NCBI GenBank assembly: GCA_945872355.1
Contig: CAMBZU010000005.1
Coordinates: 7,151-71,150, forward strand
Direction: 5' to 3'
From: Chitinophaga pinensis
GTDB lineage: Bacteria; Bacteroidota; Bacteroidia; UBA4408
DNA length: 64,000 nt
Both the position numbers and the translations under genes were made by a program. The notes beneath the pieces were generated by a model that saw only the letters and a program-made list of their open reading frames with translations, was not told the origin of the DNA and did no database searches. Positions 51,030 to 61,832 of the stretch are shown here, piece after piece; within the stretch, counting starts at the first letter, position 1; each line of letters begins with the position of its first letter.

Positions 51030-53249
51030 ATGAAAAATAAGCTATTTATTATATTGGCCATTATCGCCAATAGCCTTGCATACAGTCAGGATACTGAACA
51101 AAAAAACGATTCTATCAAAGAAATAATAACACTATCGGAAATGGTAGTTAGTGCAAACAAAGTAGAGGAAGATAAAAGACAAATTGCACAACAAATTGAA
51201 ACCATCAGCAGCTTGCAAATTAAAAAATTAAACACCCAAAGTACCGCCGATTTGTTGCTTCAAACTGGTTTTGTAAATGTGCAAAAAAGTCAGCAAGGTG
51301 GCGGAAGCATTATGATGCGAGGATTTGAAGCAAGTAGGGTGTTGATGGTTGTTGATGGTGTTCGTATGAATAACTTAATTTATCGAGCGGGCCACTTGCA
51401 AAATGCCATTACCGTGGATCAAAATATGCTCGAAAGAGTTGAAGTGCTCTTTGGTCCATCGTCAACAGTCTATGGAAGTGATGCCTTAGGTGGCGTAGTG
51501 GCGTTTTATAGTAAAAGTCCTGCGTTTGCCGAAGGTGAAGAAAAATTGAAAACAAAAGTGGGCTTGTTTACGCGTTACAGCAGTGTAAATAATGAAAAAA
51601 CTGGTCATTTCGATTTTAATATTGGCACCAAAAAACTGGCATCACTTACCTCATTTACAGTAAGCGATTTTGATGATTTAAAAATGGGAAAATCGAGAAA
51701 CCTCAACTATAAAAATGGTTTTGGAGAACGCAACTTTTATGTCGAAAGAATCAATGATAAAGACTCCTTGGTAAGTAATTCGAACAAATACTTGCAAAAG
51801 TTTTCGGGCTACACACAATATGATTTATTACAAAAATTTAGCTACAAACAAAGTGATAAAATTACTCATGTTTTAAGCTATCAATATAGTAACAGCAGTA
51901 ATGTTCCACGATACGACAGATTAACCGATCCTAAAGGAAAGGGCTTAAATTCGGCAGAGTGGTATTACGGACCACAGTTAAGGATGTTAGGAATTTATAA
52001 TTTTAATGCAAAAAATTTGACAGGTTTTTTTAATGCAGTAAATGCAAACCTAAGCTATCAAAAAATAGAAGAAAGCAGGCATAATAGAAATTTTAATTCG
52101 AGCAACAAAAACAGCAGGATAGAAAAAGTTGATGTGTATGGTTTGAATATTGATTTTCAAAGAAAAAAAGGGAAATCTGATACGCGTGTAGGCTTTGATG
52201 CGCAGTACAATACTGTTAATTCAACGGCATACAGAACCAACATTAATACAAATGAAAAATCTGCTTTGGATACGCGTTATCCTGATAAAAAAAACGAAAT
52301 GTATAATTTGGCATTATATGCAACTAATACTTATCGGATTACCGAAAAGCTAATTTTAAACGATGGGCTAAGACTAGCGCAAATAAGCTTGAATAGCAGT
52401 TTTCAAAATAAAGATTTTTTCCCCTTCCCTTTTAACGAGATTGAGCAAAATAACACCGCGTTAAGTGGCAATTTGGGATTGGTGTATTTGCCCAATGACA
52501 AATGGAAAATTGGCTTGGTTGGAAGTACCGGCTTCAGAGCGCCTAATGTTGATGATATGAGCAAAGTATTTGAAAGTGTACCAGGTAGAATTGTGTTGCC
52601 TAATCCAAACTTAAGGCCAGAAAAAACATACAATGCCGACCTTCAAATTACAAAAGTTTTTGGCAAAGTGCTAAGATGGGAAAATGTATTTTTCTATACT
52701 TTATTTCAAGACGCTCTCGTATCGAGTAAATATAACTTTAATGGCGAAGATTCAATTATGTATGATGGGGTTAAAAGTGAAGTTTTTGCCATTCAAAATA
52801 AACAATCGGCATACATCTATGGGGCCAATAGCAATGTGTATGTGAGTATATTAGAACATGTCACAATTTCGGGGGGCGTTACTTATACTTATGGTAGAAT
52901 TAATACCGATTCTGTTGACTATCCACTTGACCATATTTCACCTTTGTATGGCAGGGGTGGAGTAAAATACAATATTAATAAATTTAGCGCTGAGGCTTTT
53001 GCGGTTTTTAATGGTTGGAAAAGAATAAAAGATTTTAATTTAGGCGGAGAAGATAATCAGCAATACGCGCCAGCCGATGGAATGCCTGCTTGGTATACAA
53101 TTAATTTACGACTAAATTATAGTATCACAAAAAACATTATGGTTCAAGCAGGAGTCGACAATTTATTAGATACACAATATCGTGTTTTTGCGAGTGGCAT
53201 TAATGCTCCCGGAAGAAATATTTTTGGAACTGTGAGGTTGAACTTTTAA
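51030..53249 (+). CDS. TonB-dependent outer-membrane receptor, probable heme/hemoglobin type
   Basis: 739 aa; signal peptide, plug domain, C-terminal barrel ending in F; FRAP (TGFRAPNVDD) and NPNL (LPNPNLRPE) boxes typical of HmuR/HemR-class receptors. Confidence 0.8.
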   Translation: MKNKLFIILAIIANSLAYSQDTEQKNDSIKEIITLSEMVVSANKVEEDKRQIAQQIETISSLQIKKLNTQSTADLLLQTGFVNVQKSQQGGGSIMMRGFEASRVLMVVDGVRMNNLIYRAGHLQNAITVDQNMLERVEVLFGPSSTVYGSDALGGVVAFYSKSPAFAEGEEKLKTKVGLFTRYSSVNNEKTGHFDFNIGTKKLASLTSFTVSDFDDLKMGKSRNLNYKNGFGERNFYVERINDKDSLVSNSNKYLQKFSGYTQYDLLQKFSYKQSDKITHVLSYQYSNSSNVPRYDRLTDPKGKGLNSAEWYYGPQLRMLGIYNFNAKNLTGFFNAVNANLSYQKIEESRHNRNFNSSNKNSRIEKVDVYGLNIDFQRKKGKSDTRVGFDAQYNTVNSTAYRTNINTNEKSALDTRYPDKKNEMYNLALYATNTYRITEKLILNDGLRLAQISLNSSFQNKDFFPFPFNEIEQNNTALSGNLGLVYLPNDKWKIGLVGSTGFRAPNVDDMSKVFESVPGRIVLPNPNLRPEKTYNADLQITKVFGKVLRWENVFFYTLFQDALVSSKYNFNGEDSIMYDGVKSEVFAIQNKQSAYIYGANSNVYVSILEHVTISGGVTYTYGRINTDSVDYPLDHISPLYGRGGVKYNINKFSAEAFAVFNGWKRIKDFNLGGEDNQQYAPADGMPAWYTINLRLNYSITKNIMVQAGVDNLLDTQYRVFASGINAPGRNIFGTVRLNF

Positions 53250-53311
53250 TTCATCTCAAATTAAAAACAGCAGGATGCTACTCCAGTATTTGGTTTAGCA
53301 AATATAAATTA

Positions 53312-53349
53312 TAAAAAAGCCATACAAATTATTTTGTATGGCTTTTTTA
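53312..53349. terminator. Bidirectional Rho-independent terminator between the convergent receptor and era genes
   Basis: A6-gccatacaaa-ttat-tttgtatggc-T6. Confidence 0.6.
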
Positions 53350-53352
53350 ATG

Positions 53353-54234
53353 CTACTCTTCATAGCCAAATTGTTTGAGCATATAATCGTTATTCCTCCA
53401 ATCTTTCTTTACTTTTACAAAAAGTTCGAGGAATACTTTTTTATCAAAAAACTTTTCAATATCGAGCCTGGCTTGAGTACCCACGCGCTTTAAGCCTGAG
53501 CCTAAGTGCCCAATAAGAATTCCTTTTTGCGATTCGCGCGAAACAAAAATTAAAGCTCTAATTTTTAAAATGGTTGGCTCATCTTTAAAACTTTCAACAT
53601 ATACCTCGCAACTATAGGGTATTTCTTTATCGTAATTAATTAATATTTTTTCACGAATAATTTCGCTCACAAAAAACTTTTCTGGCCTGTCTGTTAATTG
53701 ATCTTTATCGTAAAAAGCGGGTGAATCGGGCAATAGCGCAACAATTCTTTTGGTAAGATAATCGGTATTAAATTTTTCCAAGGCAGAAATAGGAATAATT
53801 TCAGCTTCTGGCAATAAGGTGGCCCATGAAGCACTTGTTATTTCAAGCTCTTCGGGCTTTATTAAATCAATTTTATTAAGCAATACCACTATTTTGCTTC
53901 CCGATTTTTTGAGTTTTTCCATCAACTCATCTTCCAGTTTATCTTTGCTTGTAACATCAATTATTAAGAGTAACACATCAGCATCTGATAAAGCAGTGTA
54001 AACAAACTTCATCATTGATTCGTGCATTTTGTAATGCGGTGTGAGTATACCGGGCGTGTCGGAATAAACAATTTGATGTTCATCAGAACTTACAATACCA
54101 AGTATACGATGGCGTGTGGTTTGTGCTTTGGAAGTAATAATGCTTAATTTCTCACCTACTAAAATATTCATTAAAGTAGATTTTCCTGCGTTTGGTTTTC
54201 CAATGATATTTACAAATCCTGCCTTGTGTGCCAT
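53353..54234 (-). CDS. era: GTPase Era
   Basis: 293 aa; G1 GKPNAGKST, G3 DTPG, G4 NKID, C-terminal KH domain. Confidence 0.95.
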   Translation of the reverse strand: MAHKAGFVNIIGKPNAGKSTLMNILVGEKLSIITSKAQTTRHRILGIVSSDEHQIVYSDTPGILTPHYKMHESMMKFVYTALSDADVLLLIIDVTSKDKLEDELMEKLKKSGSKIVVLLNKIDLIKPEELEITSASWATLLPEAEIIPISALEKFNTDYLTKRIVALLPDSPAFYDKDQLTDRPEKFFVSEIIREKILINYDKEIPYSCEVYVESFKDEPTILKIRALIFVSRESQKGILIGHLGSGLKRVGTQARLDIEKFFDKKVFLELFVKVKKDWRNNDYMLKQFGYEE

Positions 54235-54436
54235 GTTTTATTTTTTACAAAGTAACGAAATTATGTGTTGTGTTTTAAAGCAGATTAATTTGTATTAATT
54301 GTAGGTGATTGATGTTATTTAAAATATTCTTGAACAACTACCTTTTCTGCGTAATTTACTTTGAAATATTATCTAACTATAAATTGTGAATGCTTTCATA
54401 ATTTGATTAAATTGATGAGCTGCACCCAGCTTTGGC

Positions 54437-57400
54437 TTAATTTGTAATATTGCAATACTTTGCAATTTTGTTATACAAATCGTTCGGATTAAATGGTTTT
54501 GAAATATAATCATTCATACCTGCTTGTTCTACTTGTTGTTTAACTTCTTGCATAGCTGCAGCTGTAAGCGCTAAAATGGGCAGGTTTTTATAATAGTCGC
54601 CTTTTAAACTTCTAATGGCTCTAGTAGCTTCAAATCCATCCATTTCAGGCATTTGTAGGTCCATCAATACAATGTCAAATTTCTTGTTTTTTACTTTATC
54701 TACCCCAATTATTCCATTTTCGGCAAAATTGATTTCGGCGCCCCATTTGTATAAAAATTTAGATGCAATTAATTGGTTGATGGCATTGTCTTCGACCAAT
54801 AAAATTTTTAAGTTTTTGAAGCTCTCCTCTTTGTTTTGAGCACTTTCGGCAATTTTTCTAGATTTACTTTGCTTACTTACACCAAATTCGAAATCGAAAT
54901 AAAAATGAGAGCCAACGCCTGGTTCGCTTTCTAAATTGATTTTACTGTTGCGCAGCTCGAGTAATCTTTTTGTGATGGTGAGTCCTAAGCCAGTGCCGCC
55001 ATATTTACGTGTAGTGTCACTGCTTGCTTGCTCAAAACTCTCAAAAATAACGCCTTGTTTGTCTTTACGAATACCAATCCCAGTATCTTTTACAGAAAAG
55101 GTTAAAACAACTGTATCCTCCGTTTTTTCTTTAAATTCAACGGTGGTATAAATGCCGCCTATTTTAGTAAATTTTATTGCGTTTGTAATTAAGTTGGTAA
55201 GAATTTGATTGATTCTTACAGGGTCGCCAATAACAATATCCGGAATTTGCTCATCTAATTTAAACTCGAAAGTCAAATTCTTTTCGGCAGCTTGTAAGGC
55301 TAATGAATGCTGAATTCCGTGAAGTAATTCTGTTAAACTAAAATCAACATCTTCAAACTCAACTTTGCCAGCATCTATTTTACTAAAATCAAGAATATCG
55401 TTTATAATTACCAAAAGATTATCGGCACTAAATTTTAATGTTTTTAAATTTTCATCTTGCTCTGAATTTTTATTTTCATCAATCAGCAAGTGTGTCATGC
55501 CAATAATCGCATTCATTGGTGTGCGAATTTCATGGCTCATGGTACTCAAAAAGTTTTCTTTGGCCTTGGCAGATTTTTCTGCTTGTTCCTTTGAAGCAAT
55601 AAGTTCATGCGTGCGCTCAAATACTTGTTTTTCGAGTAATTCTTTATCATGTTTTAATTTGCGCTCTCTTAAAAATATCAATAATCTTATTACAAATAAA
55701 ACCAATAAAATAGAGATGAGGTAAAACCAGTTTTGTTTCCAAATTGGCGGTTTTATTACAATTCTTATCGAAACATAATCATCTGTCCAAGCACCATTGT
55801 TGTTGCTTGCTTTAACCATAAAATTATACACGCCAGGTTCAAGGTTTGTATAACTTGCGAACTTTCTTTTTGGAGAATAAATCCAATCTCTATCAAAACC
55901 CTCCAATTTATAGCTGTATTTTATTTTTTGAGGGTTAATAAAATTTAATGCAATAAAGTCGAAAGAGAAATAGTTTTGGTTGTAATTTAAATTAATTACG
56001 CGCTTAAAAGCAATGGCAGTATCTAAGGTGTACTCATTATCGAATACTTTAAAAGAAGTAAGGTACAGGGGAGGAGCAAAAATATTGTCGTTTAAACTAT
56101 CAGGATGAAATGAAACTAAACCGGCAATACCGCCAAAATAAAAGTTTCCTTTGCTGTCTTTGTATGATGAGTTGCTATTAAACTCATTGGAGCACAAACC
56201 TTCACTTTCATCATAACTATGCAAGGAATTTAGAATGTTATTGAGTGCAATTCCTTGGTTATTACTAATTATAGCAGGAGGCGGAATTTTAAACTTACAT
56301 ATGCCTTTGTTGGTGCTAAACCACAAGTTTTTTTTCTTATCTTCGAGTATGCTATAAATAACACCATTAGGTAATCCTTTAGCTTCATCTATGTAAAAAA
56401 ACTTTTTAGTGGGAGGTACATAGGCATTTAACCCAGAGCTGGTGCCGAACCAAATGGTATGGTATGTATCTTCAAAAACACAAATAATATCATTGTTACT
56501 TAACGAATTTGGATTTTTTTTATCATGTGTAAAATGAATAAATTCATCTTTTTTCCTGTCGTATACATCGGCTCCATCTTGCGCTAATGCCAACCAAATA
56601 TTTTTTTTGCTATCTTCAAAGATGCTCACAACACTGTTGCTTCCAATGCTTTTGTTATTGTTTGGCTGGTTTCTGTATTTTTTAAACTGTTTAGTTTCTA
56701 AATTATAAATGTTTAAACCTTTGTTCATTGTGCCTATCCAAAAGTTATTATAGCTATCTAAAAATAGAGCAGTTATTGCATCTCCATTTAAAGAATTGGC
56801 ATTTTCAACATCATGTTTTAAAGTGGTAAACGAATTTGATTTAGGATTGTAAATACTTATGCCACCGCCTCTGGTAGCAAGCCAGTAGTTTCCTAACTTA
56901 TCGGGAACAATGCAGGAAACAAAATTATTTGAAAGAGAGCTTGCATCACTTTCATTGTGCATTAAGGTAAGGGCATTATTGGTGTATGGGTTTAAAATTG
57001 CAAGCCCGCCAGAGGAGCTTCCTAAGAGTAAATTTCCATCATATTCATTGATGCTCCAAATATCATTGTCGTTGATAGAGGCAGCTTCAAAAGGGTTGCT
57101 TTGATAATTTTTAAACTTTATGGAGTGCTCATTAAATATTTGCAAACCACCTCCATCAGTACCAATATAAATAATACCATTATCGCCCTGATAAATGGTT
57201 CGAACAAAGTTTGTGCTTAATGTATTGTTTAATTTAGGGCTATGCGATTGCTGTCCTAAATCGCCTGTTTTCATATCAATAATAAAAATACCATGATTTA
57301 TTGAGGCAAGCCATAAATTATTATTGTTATCGATAATGGCTGTAGATATCTCGGCATCTAAATTTTTCATTTTTTCAGTAGCCGCTAAAAACAAAGCTGT

Positions 57401-58204
57401 TGATTGAAAACTTTCTGGATCTATCTGATAAATTTCAGCATTGTGGGTAACAAACAGCATTGATGCTGACTGGTTTTTCAGTTGAATTAAGCTTCTTATA
57501 TATTCTGTTCCAAAATTCGTATCAGTTTCATTGTTTTTAGCGGCTTTTTTAAATGACTCGCTATTCATGTCAAATTTATTTAATCCCCCGCCTTCAGTTG
57601 CTATCCATAAATTACCTTTGCTATCTTGTAAAAGGCAGTTAATATTGTTTGATCCTAAAGAGTTAACATCTTTGAATTTATTTTTGAAGGATTTAAATAT
57701 TTTTTTTTTGATATCAAACTCATTGATGCCGGCGTCTTTGGTGCCTACCCAAATATTTCCATTTTCGGCTTGGTATAAACAAGTAATATAAACACTGTTA
57801 GGGCCTTTAAAATTATCTTTATCTTTTAAATACCTTGTAAACTTTCTTGTTTGCCTATTAAATAAGTTTAAGCCGCCATCTTTAGTACCTATCCAAATGT
57901 TGCCATCAATATCTTCTAAAAGACATGTAATACTATTTGAAGAAATGCTATTTCTATTGAGAGGCTCGTGTTTATATATAATAAATTCATAGCCATCATA
58001 CATGTTAAGTCCATCGCTAGTGCCAAGCCAAACAAATCCAAATCGATCTTGTATAATGGTAGACACAGAACTTTGTGAAAGTCCTCTGTCAATGCTCACT
58101 TGCTTAAATGTTAATCCATTGTCAATAGTAATACTTCCTGCAAATGAAGGCATGCTATTTAGCAATGTAAGAAGTAAAATATAGATGTGTTTTTTCAAGT
58201 TCAT
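54437..58204 (-). CDS. Hybrid sensor histidine kinase/response regulator with periplasmic two-component-regulator beta-propeller repeats
   Basis: About 1255 aa when started at MNLKKH.. (58204). The 58312 ORF start would overlap the neighbouring gene. Repeated ..W.GT..GL.... propeller motifs and a Y_Y_Y-like region precede a TM helix. Then H-box STMSHEIRTPMN, the HATPase G-boxes, and a receiver domain (LLVEDN..N..DIVLMDLQMP). Confidence 0.85.
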   Translation of the reverse strand: MNLKKHIYILLLTLLNSMPSFAGSITIDNGLTFKQVSIDRGLSQSSVSTIIQDRFGFVWLGTSDGLNMYDGYEFIIYKHEPLNRNSISSNSITCLLEDIDGNIWIGTKDGGLNLFNRQTRKFTRYLKDKDNFKGPNSVYITCLYQAENGNIWVGTKDAGINEFDIKKKIFKSFKNKFKDVNSLGSNNINCLLQDSKGNLWIATEGGGLNKFDMNSESFKKAAKNNETDTNFGTEYIRSLIQLKNQSASMLFVTHNAEIYQIDPESFQSTALFLAATEKMKNLDAEISTAIIDNNNNLWLASINHGIFIIDMKTGDLGQQSHSPKLNNTLSTNFVRTIYQGDNGIIYIGTDGGGLQIFNEHSIKFKNYQSNPFEAASINDNDIWSINEYDGNLLLGSSSGGLAILNPYTNNALTLMHNESDASSLSNNFVSCIVPDKLGNYWLATRGGGISIYNPKSNSFTTLKHDVENANSLNGDAITALFLDSYNNFWIGTMNKGLNIYNLETKQFKKYRNQPNNNKSIGSNSVVSIFEDSKKNIWLALAQDGADVYDRKKDEFIHFTHDKKNPNSLSNNDIICVFEDTYHTIWFGTSSGLNAYVPPTKKFFYIDEAKGLPNGVIYSILEDKKKNLWFSTNKGICKFKIPPPAIISNNQGIALNNILNSLHSYDESEGLCSNEFNSNSSYKDSKGNFYFGGIAGLVSFHPDSLNDNIFAPPLYLTSFKVFDNEYTLDTAIAFKRVINLNYNQNYFSFDFIALNFINPQKIKYSYKLEGFDRDWIYSPKRKFASYTNLEPGVYNFMVKASNNNGAWTDDYVSIRIVIKPPIWKQNWFYLISILLVLFVIRLLIFLRERKLKHDKELLEKQVFERTHELIASKEQAEKSAKAKENFLSTMSHEIRTPMNAIIGMTHLLIDENKNSEQDENLKTLKFSADNLLVIINDILDFSKIDAGKVEFEDVDFSLTELLHGIQHSLALQAAEKNLTFEFKLDEQIPDIVIGDPVRINQILTNLITNAIKFTKIGGIYTTVEFKEKTEDTVVLTFSVKDTGIGIRKDKQGVIFESFEQASSDTTRKYGGTGLGLTITKRLLELRNSKINLESEPGVGSHFYFDFEFGVSKQSKSRKIAESAQNKEESFKNLKILLVEDNAINQLIASKFLYKWGAEINFAENGIIGVDKVKNKKFDIVLMDLQMPEMDGFEATRAIRSLKGDYYKNLPILALTAAAMQEVKQQVEQAGMNDYISKPFNPNDLYNKIAKYCNITN

Positions 58205-58238
58205 TAAGTAACAGTATCCAAATATAAAAAAGAAATTA

Positions 58239-59288
58239 TTAAATTCTATTGATACTCGCCTCTGGGTGTATGTTTTTGCCAAAAAAGAGGTGTTCGAAGA
58301 GTTGCTTAGCAAAGAATGGTGCTAATAAAACGGCCTTGGTTCCCATTCCGTTTAAAATTGCCAATTGTGGTAATTCAGCATGTTTGCCTAAAATTGGTCT
58401 TCTATCTTTTGTACTTGGCCTAATGCCTGCTTCTTGCAAAACTACACTATAATCAGTTTGAATAAGTTTTTCGAGTTTGTGTGTTAATTCTTCTGCTCCT
58501 TTTGGGGTAGTTTCTTCATCAATTTTATCCCAAACATAGGTTGCGCCAACCCTAAATAAATGTTGGCCAATTGGCAGCACAAATACACCTTTGTTAAGCA
58601 CATTTTGGGCAGTTTGTAAGCGATTAATTTTTACGGTAAGCACTTCTCCTTTGGCAGGAACAAAGGGCAAGTTAGAAAAAAAAGGATTTTTAATAGCATT
58701 GTAGCCTTCGCAAAAAATAACATAATCGGCTTCATAATCTTTCCACTTTACACCATTGGGAAGGAGCTCCAAATCATTGTATAAAAATTGTGATGCAAGA
58801 TAACTTTGTTTGGTTTTTAAATAATTACTCCATGCTTCAAGCATTAGCTTTACATCAACATTGCCAGCTTCATTCACAAAAGCTAATCCGTGATGAGGTT
58901 TAATGCAGGCATCAAAATCTTGATAGCTAATTTCTTTTCCTAAGTAGTTGTTATAATTTTCGTCTTGTGTTTTTTTAAGCCACTGCTCTTTTTCATCGTC
59001 ACTGATAAATACTTTTACAATTTGCCTATTGGTGTGAAAGGTTTGATTGCAGCATGCTTCCATGTATTGATAGCTTTCTTTTAGTACTGGTAAAAGTTCA
59101 TCAATGAGCCAACTTTTAACTACTCTTTTAAATACAATTGGGTTATATAAGCCAGCAGAAACTTTTGAGGATGTCACCTTTTTTTCTTCATCAATCACCA
59201 AGCAAGTTTTCCCGTTTTTTAGCAATTCAGCGCTAAGCAAACTGCCGCTTATACCTTGACCTACAATAATTGCATCTACTTTTTTCAA
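58239..59288 (-). CDS. FAD-dependent oxidoreductase (DAO family)
   Basis: 349 aa; N-terminal Rossmann GxGxxG (VDAIIVGQGISGS) + acidic residue. Confidence 0.7.
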   Translation of the reverse strand: MKKVDAIIVGQGISGSLLSAELLKNGKTCLVIDEEKKVTSSKVSAGLYNPIVFKRVVKSWLIDELLPVLKESYQYMEACCNQTFHTNRQIVKVFISDDEKEQWLKKTQDENYNNYLGKEISYQDFDACIKPHHGLAFVNEAGNVDVKLMLEAWSNYLKTKQSYLASQFLYNDLELLPNGVKWKDYEADYVIFCEGYNAIKNPFFSNLPFVPAKGEVLTVKINRLQTAQNVLNKGVFVLPIGQHLFRVGATYVWDKIDEETTPKGAEELTHKLEKLIQTDYSVVLQEAGIRPSTKDRRPILGKHAELPQLAILNGMGTKAVLLAPFFAKQLFEHLFFGKNIHPEASINRI

Positions 59289-59304
59289 TGGAATGAGTAT
59301 AAAA

Positions 59305-59350
59305 TAAAAAGCTGCCTGATTAGCGATAATACAGGCAGCTTCAAAAAAAA
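59305..59350 (-). terminator. Rho-independent terminator downstream of the aconitase gene
   Basis: agctgcctg-N13-caggcagct perfect 9-bp stem with A9 on + strand (U-run on - transcript). Confidence 0.6.
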
Positions 59351-59361
59351 ATATTTAAATA

Positions 59362-61626
59362 TTAAGCTATACTTGCTCTAATAATATTTAAAGCACCACC
59401 TGCCTTAAACCAAGCTATTTGACCTTCATTGTAACTATGATTTACTTTTATTTGATCAACTGAACCGTCTTTATGATTCAGCACCATTGTTAAAGATGTA
59501 CCTGCTGTGAAGCTAGTTAAACCAACAATATCAATGCTGTCGTTTTCTAAAATTTTATTATAATCTTCTTTATTATCAAAGGTTAAGGCTAACATTCCTT
59601 GTTTTTTAAGGTTTGTTTCATGAATACGAGCAAAAGATTTTACCAGCACCGCTCTTACGCCAAGGTGACGTGGCTCCATAGCTGCATGCTCACGTGAAGA
59701 ACCTTCTCCGTAATTTTCATCACCAACTACAATTGAACCAATATTTTGTGCTTTATAAGCTCTTTGCACAGCAGGAACAGCAGCATATTCGCTTGTTAAT
59801 TGATTTTTTACATTATCGGTTTTGTCGTTGAAAGCATTTACCGCACCAATCAACATATTGTTACTGATGTTATCTAAGTGACCTCTGAATTTTAACCATG
59901 GGCCAGCCATTGAAATGTGGTCAGTAGTGCATTTTCCTTTCGCTTTAATTAATAGTTTTAAGCCAGTAATATCAGCACCTTCCCAAGCTTTGAAAGGCTC
60001 TAGTAATTGCAAACGATCACTGGTTGATGAAACTAAAACTTGCACTTTACTTCCATCTTCGGCAGGCGACTGATAGCCAGCATCCTCTACAGCAAAACCT
60101 TTTGGAGGCATTTCCATCCCTGTTGGCTCGTCTAATTTTACTTGTTCGCCTTTATCGTTTGTTAAGAAATCGGTAATAGGATTAAATGTTAAATCGCCAG
60201 CAATGGCAAGCGCAGTAACTATTTCTGGAGATGCTACAAATGAATGTGTATTTGGATTTCCATCAGCACGCTTGCTAAAGTTTCTATTGAAAGAAGTGAT
60301 GATTGAATTTTTTTCTTGTTTTTCGGCACCATGGCGCGCCCACTGTCCAATACAAGGACCACAAGCATTGGCTAAAACCACACCTCCCATTTGATCGAAT
60401 GTATTTAAAAAGCCATCGCGTTCAACTGTAAATCTTACTTGTTCTGAACCTGGCGTAATGGTAAATTCTGATTTTGCTTTTAACCCTTTATCAACCGCTT
60501 GTTTAGCTAATGAAGCTGATCTAGAAATGTCTTCGTAAGAAGAGTTAGTACAAGAGCCAATTAAGCCAACTGACAATTGTTGAGGCCATCCATTTTCTTT
60601 AACGGCAGCAGCAAATTTGCTCAAAGGCCATGATAAATCTGGGGTAAAAGGACCATTAATGTGCGGCTCTAATTCAGATAGATTGATTTCAATAACCTCA
60701 TCAAAATATTGACTTGGGTTAGCGTATACTTCATCATCGCCTCTTAAATGGGTAGCAACGCCATCTGCTAAATGTGCTACATCAGCTCTATCTGTGCCTT
60801 TCAAGTAAGTACTCATTTTTTCGTCATAACAAAAAATTGAAGTTGTTGCACCAATTTCTGCACCCATATTACAAATGGTACCTTTGCCTGTGCAGCTCAA
60901 TGAATCAGCACCTTCACCAAAATATTCTACAATTTTATCGGTACCACCTTTAACAGTTAAAATACCAGCCACTTTTAAAATTACATCTTTTGCAGATGCC
61001 CAACCACTAAGTTTACCGGTAAGTTTAATACCAATTAATTTAGGAAATTTGAGTTCCCAAGGCAAACCAGCCATTACATCGCAAGCATCAGCACCACCAA
61101 CTCCGATAGCGATCATACCTAAGCCTCCTGCATTTACGGTGTGGCTGTCGGTACCAATCATCATCCCACCAGGGAAAGCATAATTTTCTAAAACTACTTG
61201 ATGAATAATACCAGCACCTGGTTTCCAAAAACCAATGCCATACTTGTTAGATACAGAAGCTAAAAAGTCATATACTTCTTTATTTTTATCATTAGCTGTA
61301 GCCAAATCAGCCACCGCTCCTTCTTTTGCTTGAATTAAATGATCGCAATGCACAGTACTTGGCACTGCCACTTGAGGGCGACCGGCTTGCATAAACTGTA
61401 ATAAAGCCATTTGAGCAGTCGCATCTTGCATAGCTACTCTATCCGGGTTAAAATCTACATAAGAGTTGCCTCTTGTAAATGGCGCATTAGGTAAAGCTTC
61501 GGCTAAATGTGTGTATAATATTTTTTCGGTAAGGGTAAGTGGTTTACCTGTCATTTTGCGCGCTGCTTCTACCTTTGAAGGCAATGCTGCGTACACTTTT
61601 TTAATCATTTCAATATCAAAAGCCAT
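59362..61626 (-). CDS. acnA: Aconitate hydratase (monomeric mitochondrial-type)
   Basis: About 754 aa from [10 protein letters not shown] (61626); Fe-S ligand motifs ([17 protein letters not shown]) and swivel domain. Confidence 0.9.
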   Translation of the reverse strand: MAFDIEMIKKVYAALPSKVEAARKMTGKPLTLTEKILYTHLAEALPNAPFTRGNSYVDFNPDRVAMQDATAQMALLQFMQAGRPQVAVPSTVHCDHLIQAKEGAVADLATANDKNKEVYDFLASVSNKYGIGFWKPGAGIIHQVVLENYAFPGGMMIGTDSHTVNAGGLGMIAIGVGGADACDVMAGLPWELKFPKLIGIKLTGKLSGWASAKDVILKVAGILTVKGGTDKIVEYFGEGADSLSCTGKGTICNMGAEIGATTSIFCYDEKMSTYLKGTDRADVAHLADGVATHLRGDDEVYANPSQYFDEVIEINLSELEPHINGPFTPDLSWPLSKFAAAVKENGWPQQLSVGLIGSCTNSSYEDISRSASLAKQAVDKGLKAKSEFTITPGSEQVRFTVERDGFLNTFDQMGGVVLANACGPCIGQWARHGAEKQEKNSIITSFNRNFSKRADGNPNTHSFVASPEIVTALAIAGDLTFNPITDFLTNDKGEQVKLDEPTGMEMPPKGFAVEDAGYQSPAEDGSKVQVLVSSTSDRLQLLEPFKAWEGADITGLKLLIKAKGKCTTDHISMAGPWLKFRGHLDNISNNMLIGAVNAFNDKTDNVKNQLTSEYAAVPAVQRAYKAQNIGSIVVGDENYGEGSSREHAAMEPRHLGVRAVLVKSFARIHETNLKKQGMLALTFDNKEDYNKILENDSIDIVGLTSFTAGTSLTMVLNHKDGSVDQIKVNHSYNEGQIAWFKAGGALNIIRASIA

Positions 61627-61832
61627 GTGTTTATTTTTGAGTGATTTATAGTTTTGCTTTAAGGATTGCAAATTTATAAAAAATATGTGGATTGATAAAG
61701 ATTGTTTTGGAGAGAAAAATTATTCGCGCTCACGCAATAAATTCAACATATCAATAACTAGAAATCTGTTTGAAATGAGCCAATAGAAATCAGTCAAGAT
61801 GCTGAATAAAGAATAAAAGTTATTTTAACTAA

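Noticed and set aside
58205-58312. Upstream extension of the sensor-kinase ORF to 58312
   Set aside because: The extension has no signal-peptide character and overlaps the neighbouring FAD-oxidoreductase gene. The internal MNLKKHIYILLLTLL start (58204) gives a proper signal or TM segment.
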